A stretch of DNA of 63,460 bases, counting the filler, from Cladosporium halotolerans (Eukaryota), in the NCBI RefSeq assembly GCF_011745625.1. It is 11 parts of 11 records of this genome, joined end to end, with 100 filler letters (N's around TTAATTAATTAA, not from the genome) between each part and the next. Parts side by side here need not be neighbours in the genome. Positions count along the whole stretch, not along the records: positions 47,038 to 52,481 come from NW_027191668.1; positions 52,582 to 57,998 come from NW_027191669.1; positions 58,099 to 63,460 come from NW_027191670.1; 8 more parts are not named here. One strand, given 5' to 3'. Positions 47,038 through 58,104 of the stretch are shown in pieces. The position numbers and the translations under genes are program-made. The notes under the pieces are model-generated. The model searched no databases, had not been told where the DNA came from, and saw nothing but the letters and a program-made list of their open reading frames with translations. How positions within the stretch are numbered: the stretch's first letter is position 1; each line of letters opens with the position of its first letter.

Positions 47038-50000
47038 TGTCGCAGGCCGAGGCACTTTGGGAATCCAAGTCGCAGATCGCAGGACAAGCTTGCCAAGACA
47101 CTAGATAGAAAGGCCCGGTCTACCAGGCCGCGCGCCTAAACAAGAATAACAATCTATCGACCCAAAAATTTATATCAACGAGAGGTCACCCTCTCGTGCA
47201 ACAGTTATGAGCCCGGAGACACTTCCACTGCGAAGCAGCACCGCCGATTTTACAACTCGCTTGCGACGGGAGCTGTCCTCATGGATTCAGCGTTCACCGC
47301 CAGTCTGGATGAGAGAAGCGGGGTAGCAGACAAAGCAATACAGCTACACCACGACAGTCTCACCACGATGAAGAAGAAAGAGAAAGGAGCGAGGCGATCC
47401 AGCACTCGAACACCACAACGAAGCTCGGAAACAACAGAGTCTATCCCATCATGTCGATCAAAGACCACAATCTCCCAATGCTCAACTCCCGCAATGACTG
47501 GACAGACTGGATCAACTCTATAGAGGATCTTGCAGTCCGCAATGATGTCTGGAACTACTGCGACCCTGATGGCATCGACAACTTAGTCTTCACTGCCACC
47601 AAGCCACCAGACTCAGCGCACAGAGATGTTGTCCAAAGGTACCAAGCGCTTCAAGCCATCTACGACAGCGAGAAGAAGAAGTATGACAAAGTCTCTGAGC
47701 GCATCGACATCACAGTCTGCCAAGAGTTCAAGCAACACTACCTTGGGAAACACACCGTCCGAAGCAAGCTCATCGCATTGGCCGAGAGCATACAGCCGAC
47801 TGCCAAGGACCAGAAGCAGAACGTTAGAGCAGAATTCGAGAAGCTAAAGAAGGGACCCGGCAACACCAGCCTCGACAGATGGCTTAGTCGATGGCCTGCA
47901 CTTGTCAACAACGCAACGCGATACGACATCGAGAACCTCAGCGAGTCGCAAATCTGCGATGCCTTCATCGAGTCGTCGCACGACATTAATCCTCCTTTCT
48001 ATAACTACATGAAGTCAAAAGAAGCACAAGTTGAGAGCGACACAACCCTTATCAAAGATATGGGAAAAGCTATGTCGACAATCTCGACCGCGATCATCAC
48101 TGCTCTCAATGAGATCCATCCGAATCATGCCAGTATCGGTGCCGTCACAGCGGTCGATTCTGGTGACACAGATGCAGAAGACATGGACCATGACGCTTCT
48201 GTCACGATCATACAGAAGGCACAGAATAGGATCAGCAGGACATTGCGTTCTTTCTGCGCTCTAAGTCCAGCTCTTTCGGACAAGCGCATCACAATAGGTT
48301 TCTGTATCAAGCAGTTCAGAACCATGGCGCCCACAAACGACAAGCCCACCAGAGGCAGAGCAGCACATGCTACCCTCCAGGGCAAGACCATTTTGGACGT
48401 CGATTCTGCCTCATCAGGTGACGAAGCCTCCAAACCGCAAGGGAAGAAACGAAAAGTCAGGGCTGGCTCGACTCCGACCTTGACGAATGAGCCCTCAACA
48501 CTTCGTGACTGCGCCTGTGGCATGGCCCATCGATATGCAGACTGTTACTATCTTAATCCATCGAGAGCACCGTCGACATGGACGCCAATAGTTCAGATAC
48601 AGTCCAAGGTCATCACCGCAGTCAAAGGCAGCAAACGCCTTCAAGAAAAGATCAAGAAGAACTTTGACAGGAACAAGATTGCTCTACCAAAATTCTGGCC
48701 AACAGAAACAGCCAAGGGTAGCAGTGAACGGGCTGTCGACCAAAGAATGTCCAACGCAAATGCAACTCCGACAGCGTCAAGAGCTTCATATGCAACGTCG
48801 AGATTCGTATCAAGCACCATATCAGCAGACAAGCACGACGATTACTTCCGACTCGACAGTTGTGCAGACACACATGTCTGTAACGACTTGTCTCGGTTCG
48901 TCGACTACAAACCCCTGCACGACGAAACGATACGGTTCGGCAACACAGATACGCACATCCAAGGAATCGGAAAGGTTTCTGTGCATGTCCACACTCCTCA
49001 GGGCCCGAGCCTCGTCAATCTCGAGGACGTCGCATATGTCCCAGGGTTCCACCTGAACGTCATCAATACGGATTCTCTCGAGAAGCAGGGCTTGTTCTTC
49101 AACACAAGAACATGCTGGATGGAGTATGTCGACGGGACGAATGCGTTCAAAGCCACCAAGCACGGCGCGTTCAGAGTAGTAGAGTCACCTCTCGAAGATT
49201 TCACTGTCGAGTCAGCGTCCAATACCACCACGGCGCAGGCTTTTGCAACAGCAAGAAGGTCACGGACCCCCTCAACAGCTGTGGCTACGATGGACACTTG
49301 GCATGCGAGATTGGGACACATCAGGAAAGAAGCTCTTGAGAAGGTACCTCGCGTGGTCGATGGAGTCGCACTTGGCACTCGCGACTTTGAACGGACTTCA
49401 GATCTTTGTCCTGAATGCCAACTCGCGCAAGCCCACCAGCAGGTTTCGCGTATACCAACGTGGAGGGGAAGCTACCCTTTTGAAAAAATTCATTTGGATC
49501 TCATCCACATGCAAGCAGCCTTCAACCAAGATACTTGGGTTGTCCATTTCTACTGTGACTTTTCCGCTTACCACGTCTCTTTTAACCTACCTCTCAAGAC
49601 GCAAGAGAATTTAGTCTCTGTCACGCGAGATTTTCTTGCGCTGACAAACGACAACTGGGGCTTCACTACGCGATACATCCAGTCAGACGGGGAATCAGGC
49701 CTGGGACAGAGATGGCAGGATCTCGTTGCAACAAGAGGCATCACGTTCAACCCTTCACCACCAGATACTCCAGACCAGAACGGTCTTGCTGAACGTTCTG
49801 GGGGGGTGATCATGACGATAGCACGCAAGATTCGCATACAGAGCAGGTTGCCACACAGGCTCTGGCCATACATCGTCTCACACTCTACTCGTCTTCTGAA
49901 TCGCATCCCAGTACAGCGAAAAGAGTGGCAAACACCATTCCAAATGGTGCATGGAAGAAAGCCTAACCTTTCACATCTCAAGATCATTGGTTCCCTAGCG

Positions 50001-52481
50001 TATGTTCTCATCAAGAACACGCGATACCGTCCAGCTACAGCCAAGCTTCAGGAGAAGGCAGTCAAAGGATGGCTCGTCGAGCTAGAAGCTACCAATATCC
50101 ACAAAGTCTGGATACCGCACCTCGATCGTGTCGTCAGGACCCGCGACGTACAAGTCGACGAAAAAGTCATGTATGATCCATATCTTGACACTGACCGACC
50201 TGAGACCGCAAATGCTAGCTCGATCATGATCAATGAAATTGATCTGGACGAAGAAGATACAGCTACATGGTCGTTGACAGATGACACAAGTGCTGTCCAA
50301 GAGCCTAATCTCGTCCGATATGAAGTTCCACAAATCATGATGCTACCACTACCCACTACTTCTGAGGATGCTGGTATGAAAGCAACACAAGTTCACGAAG
50401 GAAGGACAAGATCGTTTCCAACTCCAGTATCGCTCGAGCCTCGTCAAGCAAGCACCATGTTGTCCAATTCATTCGACGCAGAACTGAACCATCACGAAGC
50501 AAACGCCCTGCAGTCAACCCTCACACCACGTCAAACGCGAAAACAGGCACGTCGACAGGCCCACTCCTTGCGGCTCGAACGTGCTAGATTTGGCAGTCAG
50601 ATAGCCCATGCTTTCGCGTCCGCACGTTCAATGCGCGTCCACCACAAGAACCTGGACCCACCACCAGATTTTTGGCATCAGCTAAAGCGACACCCGGAGA
50701 AGAAAAGCTTCATGGATGCTGCAAAGTCCGAGATCGAGACACTCAAAGAAAAATCGACTTTCGAACTTGTAGACTATCCTAGTCACAAGCAGGTCCTACC
50801 ACTCAAATGGGTCTTTACTTACAAGTTCGACGACGCCGGATACCTCGTTCGCTACAAAGCACGAATCTGCGTCAGAGGCGATCTTCAACATCATATGACC
50901 GATGAGATATATGCAGCAACTGGTGCATATCGCAGTTTCCGCATCCTGATGGCGCTTGTCAGTGCATTTGGGCTTCTCTGTCATCAAATTGACTTCAAGA
51001 ATGCTTTCACTAATGCAGACATGGACGACGAGGTCTACACCACATGTCCACCGGGCTTCGGAATGCCTGGGAAATGCTGGAAATTGTTGAAAGCACTGTA
51101 TGGGTTGCGCAAGTCGCCGAAACTGTGGTTTGACGAACTCGTATCATTTCTCCACGGTCTGGGATTTCATCATTGCCCAGATGAGCCGTGCATACTCATC
51201 AACAAAGACACAGGACTTATTTTGTTCCTCTACGTGGACGATCTCCTTGTCATCGCACGACAGGATTGCATACACCATATCGAACAGTTCAAGACAACTC
51301 TGAACAACAAGTACGGGATCAAGGATTTGGGTGAAGCAACGTCCTTCCTCAACATCAGGATCCTTCGGGATCTCAAGGCGAAGATGCTTTGGATATGCCA
51401 AGATGGATATATTGACAAACTTTGCAGTAAATTCGGTATAGATGAGTCTTCGAGGACGGTTGCTACACCCCTCATGCCATCATACCGCCCCAATCCTTTC
51501 GAAGGACAGGCTACTCTGCAGCAGATCACAGAGATGCAAGAAAAAGTGGGCTCGATCCTGTACGCCGCAGTTGTGTCAAGACCAGATGTCTCCTTTGCAG
51601 CCAGCCAGTTAAGTCAGTTCGCCACGAACCCTTCGCCGGAGCACCTGCGATATGCAGACCGAGTCCTCTCATATCTCCAGACCACGAAGTACTATGCCAT
51701 CGAGTTCTCGGGCTCTGTGAACACAGAAGTAGAGACAGGCGATGATGAAGTGCTTCAGTTGTCAAGCGACGCATCGTTCGCGGATGATCCCGAGACTCGT
51801 AGAAGCACGCAGGGCTACCTCATGAAGATGTTCGGTGGGCCGATCATGTGGCAGTCGTCTAAACAGAAGACTGTAACCACGTCAACAACTGAAGCAGAGC
51901 TCTTATCGCTGTCACACACAGCGAGGGAGACAATGGGTCTATACAGACTTTTTGCGCAGATACAGTTCGACCCCGAGCAACAACCCAAGATTCTCTGTGA
52001 CAACCAGCAGACAGTGGGCCTGATCCAGAAAGAGAGACCTCAGTTGACATCAAAGCTGAAGCATGTCGATATCCATAATCTCTGGCTTAGACAGATCCAC
52101 AAAGATGGCAAAGTCGCGGTGGACTGGGTTCAGACCAAGGATATGCCCGCAGATGGTTTCACGAAGGCCCTTTCCACAGATAAACACAATCACTTTGTCA
52201 AGCAATTAGGCCTGGTTGATCTTTCCTCAAGGATTGATCCGGGTTACGCCTCAGAAGAGGAACATCCTCAAGACACACAGATGTCATCTGAAGCAGAGTG
52301 AGATCTGGGGGGGTGTGTCGCAGGCCGAGGCACTTTGGGAATCCAAGTCGCAGATCGCAGGACAAGCTTGCCAAGACACTAGATAGAAAGGCCCGGTCTA
52401 CCAGGCCGCGCGCCTAAACAAGAATAACAATCTATCGACCCAAAAATTTATATCAACGAGAGGTCACCCTCTCGTGCAACA
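47038..52481 (+). mobile_element. Complete Ty1/Copia LTR retrotransposon
   Basis: Identical 166-bp TG...CA LTRs (47038-47203, 52316-52481); PBS GTTATGAGCCC at 47204; PPT GGGGGGGTG before the 3' LTR. Confidence 0.98.
47451..52301 (+). CDS. Copia Gag-Pol polyprotein (gag-PR-IN-RT-RH), 1616 aa, intact
   Basis: CACGMAHRYADC, LDSCADTH, WHARLGH..CPEC, HLD/QSDGE/QNGLAERSG, YKARIC, LYVDD, SDASF, TTEAE, KLKHVD. Confidence 0.97.
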   Translation: MSIKDHNLPMLNSRNDWTDWINSIEDLAVRNDVWNYCDPDGIDNLVFTATKPPDSAHRDVVQRYQALQAIYDSEKKKYDKVSERIDITVCQEFKQHYLGKHTVRSKLIALAESIQPTAKDQKQNVRAEFEKLKKGPGNTSLDRWLSRWPALVNNATRYDIENLSESQICDAFIESSHDINPPFYNYMKSKEAQVESDTTLIKDMGKAMSTISTAIITALNEIHPNHASIGAVTAVDSGDTDAEDMDHDASVTIIQKAQNRISRTLRSFCALSPALSDKRITIGFCIKQFRTMAPTNDKPTRGRAAHATLQGKTILDVDSASSGDEASKPQGKKRKVRAGSTPTLTNEPSTLRDCACGMAHRYADCYYLNPSRAPSTWTPIVQIQSKVITAVKGSKRLQEKIKKNFDRNKIALPKFWPTETAKGSSERAVDQRMSNANATPTASRASYATSRFVSSTISADKHDDYFRLDSCADTHVCNDLSRFVDYKPLHDETIRFGNTDTHIQGIGKVSVHVHTPQGPSLVNLEDVAYVPGFHLNVINTDSLEKQGLFFNTRTCWMEYVDGTNAFKATKHGAFRVVESPLEDFTVESASNTTTAQAFATARRSRTPSTAVATMDTWHARLGHIRKEALEKVPRVVDGVALGTRDFERTSDLCPECQLAQAHQQVSRIPTWRGSYPFEKIHLDLIHMQAAFNQDTWVVHFYCDFSAYHVSFNLPLKTQENLVSVTRDFLALTNDNWGFTTRYIQSDGESGLGQRWQDLVATRGITFNPSPPDTPDQNGLAERSGGVIMTIARKIRIQSRLPHRLWPYIVSHSTRLLNRIPVQRKEWQTPFQMVHGRKPNLSHLKIIGSLAYVLIKNTRYRPATAKLQEKAVKGWLVELEATNIHKVWIPHLDRVVRTRDVQVDEKVMYDPYLDTDRPETANASSIMINEIDLDEEDTATWSLTDDTSAVQEPNLVRYEVPQIMMLPLPTTSEDAGMKATQVHEGRTRSFPTPVSLEPRQASTMLSNSFDAELNHHEANALQSTLTPRQTRKQARRQAHSLRLERARFGSQIAHAFASARSMRVHHKNLDPPPDFWHQLKRHPEKKSFMDAAKSEIETLKEKSTFELVDYPSHKQVLPLKWVFTYKFDDAGYLVRYKARICVRGDLQHHMTDEIYAATGAYRSFRILMALVSAFGLLCHQIDFKNAFTNADMDDEVYTTCPPGFGMPGKCWKLLKALYGLRKSPKLWFDELVSFLHGLGFHHCPDEPCILINKDTGLILFLYVDDLLVIARQDCIHHIEQFKTTLNNKYGIKDLGEATSFLNIRILRDLKAKMLWICQDGYIDKLCSKFGIDESSRTVATPLMPSYRPNPFEGQATLQQITEMQEKVGSILYAAVVSRPDVSFAASQLSQFATNPSPEHLRYADRVLSYLQTTKYYAIEFSGSVNTEVETGDDEVLQLSSDASFADDPETRRSTQGYLMKMFGGPIMWQSSKQKTVTTSTTEAELLSLSHTARETMGLYRLFAQIQFDPEQQPKILCDNQQTVGLIQKERPQLTSKLKHVDIHNLWLRQIHKDGKVAVDWVQTKDMPADGFTKALSTDKHNHFVKQLGLVDLSSRIDPGYASEEEHPQDTQMSSEAE

Positions 52482-52581
52482 NNNNNNNNNNNNNNNNNNN
52501 NNNNNNNNNNNNNNNNNNNNNNNNNTTAATTAATTAANNNNNNNNNNNNNNNNNNNNNNNNNNNNNNNNNNNNNNNNNNNN

Positions 52582-52676
52582 TGAATCTGATTATTCAGGT
52601 CCGAGCTCAATCAGGGACCTGATTGATTGATTACCTGATTGATTATCTGATTGAGAAAATCAAGATTCAAGATCTA
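52582..52676. mobile_element. Other terminus of the TAGATCTTGAATCTTGA TIR family, inserted in a LINE
   Basis: Shares the terminal 17 bp with 30309-30325 but has a different subterminal TGATT array. Confidence 0.75.
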
Positions 52677-55600
52677 TGTTGGCTGTTCAGCAGCAGCTGT
52701 ACTTTCTTCACTCGGTCTTTCTGGCCTCTCCACCAGATCTCTGACCCGTACAACGCCACGGAGGTGACAGCGGCCACGACCACTCTCCGCATCAAGTCGG
52801 CCGACAAGCCGCCATTGCTTCTACTGAGACTGGATACCCGCTGGAGGGCTCCTTTGGCACTTGCGATCCTGTTTTCGAAGTGCGTCTTGAACGACAACTT
52901 CGAATCCAGCCAGAAGCCCAGCCATTTTGTCGCTTCTTGCTTGACGGTGAAGGTCTGCTCTCCGATGCGGATGGCTGCATCTTTTGTTGCTTGTAGAATC
53001 CCTCGACGCCTGCTGAAGACGAGTACTTCGGTTTTGCTGACCTCGAAATCGGCTTTATTGTCCGATCCCCATTGTATTGCATCTCTGGCGATATGCTCGA
53101 GCTTCCTCGCGCCTTCTTCCACGTCATCACATTCTGTCACTAGCCCGATGTCGTCCACGAACGAGATGGCCTGGAGCTTCATGTGTCTGTCCTCCAGCCA
53201 CTGGAACATTGCGCTCACTGATAAGATGAACAGCACCGGTGATATCGGTGATCCTTGCGGCAGGCCAGCTTGAATGCTGCGGGTCTCGCCCGTCCTTCCG
53301 TCAATCACCAACATGGCTCGACGGTCTGATAGGAACGAGTTCACCCATCGCACGATGTTGCCGGCCATCCCGACTTGTATCATCCGCAGCAGGAGTTTCT
53401 GCTTGTTGACCCTGTCAAACGCACCTTTGACATCAAGGAGTAAAGCGAGTGCAATGCGCTTTTGGCTCCATGCATTCTCGACCTTTGCGACCAGCTGAGC
53501 CACCGCATCTGATGTCCCTCTCCCCTGACGGCAGCCGAACTGCCCTCGATGGAAGACTTCATTTGTCTCACAGTAGGATGCGATCCAAATTGCTACCGCC
53601 CTCTCCACCACTTTTCCGAGACAGTTGAGGAGGCTGATCACCCGGTACGCTTTCGCGACGCTGTACGTGGGTTTGTTTTGCTTCCGCAGCAGAACTCCCT
53701 TCGCGGTCTTCCACGTGTAGGGATGGAACCCTGTCCTTATGCACCCTTGTACAAGAGCTACCACACGGTCTTCCGCCCATTGCCATAGGAGTCTTAGCAC
53801 TTTGAAGCCGATCCCGTCCAGACCGGGGGCTTTGTTGACCGACTGAGTGAACAGAGCTTCGCGGACTTGCTTGACACTCACGCCAGCACTCGTGTCTGGG
53901 ATCTGAATGTCCTCGTTGTCCACGACTTGGGGTGGGAATGCCTGCGCCATGAAGATCCCCTCCTTCTCCTCGGCTGTCGATGCAATCTTGTCCGGCTGGC
54001 CGTCAATGCTTGCTACCTTGATCGCCGGTGTGTGCGACGGCACCTGAGGTTTCGTATATCTGAGCGCTTGCCAGCATCTTGCGGGATCAGACGCCAATTT
54101 CGAGCTTTCGTCGGTCGGGAAGACGCCCTCAAGAAAGCGCTCCCAAGCCAGTCTCTTGGCTTTCCGGATGTGTGTGTAATAGTCGTTTCTCACCCGACGG
54201 TACTCGTCGAAGCTAGTGCGGCCGTCATTGTAGGCACGTCTAGCGCTCCCAAACAGCCTTCTCTGCTGTTTGATCTCTTCCGTCCACCAGTGCTTCGATC
54301 GTGGTCTCGGCGCTCTGCCAGCGGCATGTCTGTCCAGTACAGCTCGTAGGCTGTCTTGGATCCACAGTGCTTCGGCTTCCAGTTCTGTCGGTGACGTGTC
54401 CCACGCATTGATCAGCGACCTTCCTTCACTCAACTCAAGCCAATGTTCGCTTGCGGCTTCGAGGGCCTGTTCGTCTGAGCAAAGCCGATTGATGTTCCAG
54501 TTTTGCGAAGCGTTTATCTGCCTTTCCGCGACGGCCGCGTTGAGTGGTGCCCACTCAAAGACGATTACCTCGTGGTCGGATGTTGTGGCCAGTGACTCGT
54601 CGATCTCCCATGTGACCAGTGCTCCGACCCTGCGGGTACTCAAGGTCAAGTCGATTATCGATCTACAGTTCTTCCCACACCTCGTGGGCTGGTGGTCGTT
54701 ATTGTTGATGATGAGCTCACGCTTCTCGATCAATCTCTCTACCGTCCCTGCGTTCTGCCTACCTGCCACCCACGGATCCCACAAGGGACTGCGAGCATTG
54801 AAGTCGCCTGCGAGTATGGTCCGGCCCTCGATGAGTCGCGACACATCTACGTGGTCCATCGTGTATCCGCCGCCTTGGACTCTGGCTTTGTTGTAGACAT
54901 TTACCAGCCTCGTCCGTCGCGCTTTTCTGCGGTTCACTGTCTCCCAGACGTCCAGGCACTGAATATGCGGACTATCCACCAGGTCAGTTCGCTCCTCAAA
55001 TACATAGCGGTCTAGTGCGTCGTTTCGGATGGCTAGCGCTACTCTTGTCTCTCGCTTCGCACACTCTGGCCACCGTATCTGGAATCCCGGATGGCCGATC
55101 GCGTGTTTCTTTCCCACGTACGGTTCTTGTAGGCACACCACTTCGGCTCCTCGCTCCACGGCCGCCTCCAGTGCAGCTATCGTCGACACAGCCGTGCCGT
55201 TGCAGTTATGTTGTATCACTATCATCGTCAACGAACATGTGCGTCGGGTCGCTGGAGCTGAGGATCTGGGTCGCCCTCGCGAACTGTTTGGTCCTTGGCC
55301 GGAGTTCCCTTGTTTGTCGGGGTGACGGTTGGCTCTGCGGCAGTGGCTCTGGTGTGTTCCTGTCCGAAGACGTCGGGATCGCTTGTGCTTGAGTGGCTTG
55401 TCCTGGGTCGGCAGGCGTCATTGTGATATCTGCCTGATCTCCATGATCGGAGAGATCGTCTTTCCCTGCTGCCGATTCCATCGCCGGCGGGCTGCTGCGC
55501 ATCTCGCTCACCTTTCGCTGGCGAGTCTGGTGACTTGATCTCCTTTCGGGGCACCTTCTCGATGTTGCCGGGTGTGGCCCCTTGCAGTTGGCGCATTTCG

Positions 55601-56990
55601 CCACCTGATGCTCACACGGTCCTGATCTCTTGCTACAGATTTCGGCGGTGCATTTGTGTTTGCTCCCTTCGTGTTCTCCTGCACACACAAAGCACCTTGC
55701 ATCTTCGGTACACTGGCCGAAGTGGTCTCGGCCACAACAGCGCATGCACATCCCACCTTCTCCTCTTTCCCAGAACCTCTCTACCTCGTGGCGTCTGCCG
55801 CCAAAGGACAGTCCCTTTGCTAGAATCACATCCGCCGCCTTCTTGCTTTTCACAGTCAGGACCAGTGTCGACCTCTTGATACTCCCGCTGTCGAAGCGTT
55901 CAGCCAGTGTGTCGCCTTTGATCCAACGCGGCGCGTAAGGCAACCTTTCACCTGTCATCAGTTCAATCTCCTCTCGGGCTACTTCCATTCCGCCTTCACC
56001 CATGTAGCGATCCAGCGCGACGCCGTGCACCCGCAGCTTTAGCCACTTTTCCGTCTTTTCCATGTAGGCAACTTCAGGGTCTAGCTTCTTCACAGCAGTC
56101 ATCACGGCGGGTGCATAGCTGAGCAGCTCGTCTGCGCATGCATTCTCGCTCATCACTCCTGTCAAGTTGCCCTTGCCCGTGTATGCCATTTGGGTCAATC
56201 TCACCGTCACATGGGCCCTCGAATGAGCAAGGGCTTTGTTCACTTCAAACATAATGTCTCTAGGGTCGCGATCATGCGACTGTACATTTCTGACGAAGAG
56301 TACTCGGCGCTGGCCACGAGGGTGTTTTTTCAACTTTTTCTTACCGTTCGTGACCGTAGTCCATCCAGTGCCTGCTCCAGATTCTGTGATATTGGCCCAG
56401 CTGGGCTGCGTCACTTGCGCCGATAGTGGACGTGCTTTTTTGTTGGATGTCTCCGCTGTGCCTCTCGGGAAGGCACTGTTTCCTGACAGGGGCGGACTCG
56501 CTCCTGTCTCCTGCCTTGGTGCCCGTAACACTGTCATCACCGTGTTCATGAGCTGCGTGAGTTGCGTTTGCCCCTTCCTGATCTCTTCCACCTCTGCTCG
56601 GAGAGATCGCACGTCTTCCGTACAGCCAGTGGTGGCGTTAGGCCCCAGGGGCACACGTAGAGCTTTCACAATGGCATCTTCGATCGCTTGTAGGAGCTCA
56701 TCGCCGTGCAAGCCAAAGGCTGAACCTATGTCTGTCTTCCGCTTCTTTGCGTTCACTGGTTTTGTGGCGTATGCCTGCTGTTCCTCCCAACTCTGCAATC
56801 TGCCTCCTCGAATTTGAGGGGCGGAGAACTGAAACTGGCTTCCAATTGGTTCGGAGGCTTCCCCGCACTTTCCAGACCCTTGAACGTCACTCGAGGCTGG
56901 CCCTCCGCCACCTTTACTGCGGGCTGACATGCCCGCCAGCAAGGCGCCTGGGATCTTGGTAGTGTGCGCTTGATCAGCTCACTTTGCGCT
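52677..56990 (-). mobile_element. Tad1-clade LINE, 5' part: ORF1 (55206-56930) overlapping ORF2 APE-RT (starts 55225)
   Basis: ORF1 with three Cys/His knuckles. ORF2 CLQEPY, AGDFNA, SDH, YRVISLL, PQGSP, FVDD, open up to the TIR insertion. Confidence 0.96.
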
Positions 56991-57692
56991 TTCAAATGAT
57001 GTAAAAATTGACTCTGTCTGTGACAAAGTCGAAAAAAAGTCCCGCACCGCGTGTCGTCGCGTCACCCCGTTGCCTGGATGGCCTCCACACCTCCAATTCG
57101 CGAAGTCGGACGACGAAGACGTACCGACTGGGTTCCACAGCTGAAGCAAGCGCCACCTGCCAGGGATCCGGGGACATCCAAGCACGAACACTGGCACGTG
57201 CGAGCGGGCTCCCCATGGTCTCTTCGGCTGAACACTGAAGTTGAAGCGTGGACTACGGGCGAGGCGAGAAGGCCGACGTCCCGTTACTGGACCGTGCTTC
57301 TCCGAAGTGAAGAGACCGGATTTTGCTTGGAAAACCGGGCCTTCCGGATCCTCCTCATGATCTTAAAATCCAGAAGGTGGCCATCGCTGGCACGGTCGCG
57401 TGCTCACTGTTTGTTGCAGCAGATGCTGAGGAGATGCGAATTTCGGTCTACATGAGTAGCATAGCCATCAAGGTGGAGTTTTATTGCCGCTTGATAATAA
57501 GACCCCATCGATACTCTACATCATCGGCGCCTTCACTACATGCGTGAGCATCTATCACCCCTGACAGCCTTCGTTAGGGAGCAAGTCGTCTCTACCCTTC
57601 TTGCAGAGATACAGTTCCGGTCGGGTCACGCGATGCACAAAATTGTAGAGAACGTCAATTGAATGATCAGACTCCTCAGTCTCCGTGGCTAG

Positions 57693-57998
57693 TCAAGACC
57701 TTGGAGATGTTGTACATTTTTCGATTTCTTGGACGATCAGTTCTATGTCGGGCGCGTCAGTTTGCCGGGGTACCAAGGTCTCTCAATACAAACTTACTTC
57801 TCGCTCCACCAGTGCTCAGACAAATGGGGTCGCCGAAGTTCAGATAGTCACGAGGTATACGATGCGCTTCAGGTTCGTCGGCAAAATCGTGGTACACTTC
57901 GAGGTATGGATGTTCCAGGGCCATCCCTACACTGATGCGCTCGTCAGGATTGAAGGACAACAGTCGGTCCAATATGTCGAGTGCTTGGTCGGAAGCAC
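57693..57998 (-). CDS. MAP kinase (Fus3/Kss1-like) C-terminal fragment, divergent
   Basis: [38 protein letters not shown], then a GTAAGT...TAG intron and LIVQEI. Cut by contig end. Confidence 0.8.
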
Positions 57999-58104
57999 NN
58001 NNNNNNNNNNNNNNNNNNNNNNNNNNNNNNNNNNNNNNNNNNTTAATTAATTAANNNNNNNNNNNNNNNNNNNNNNNNNNNNNNNNNNNNNNNNNNNNGC
58101 CGGA

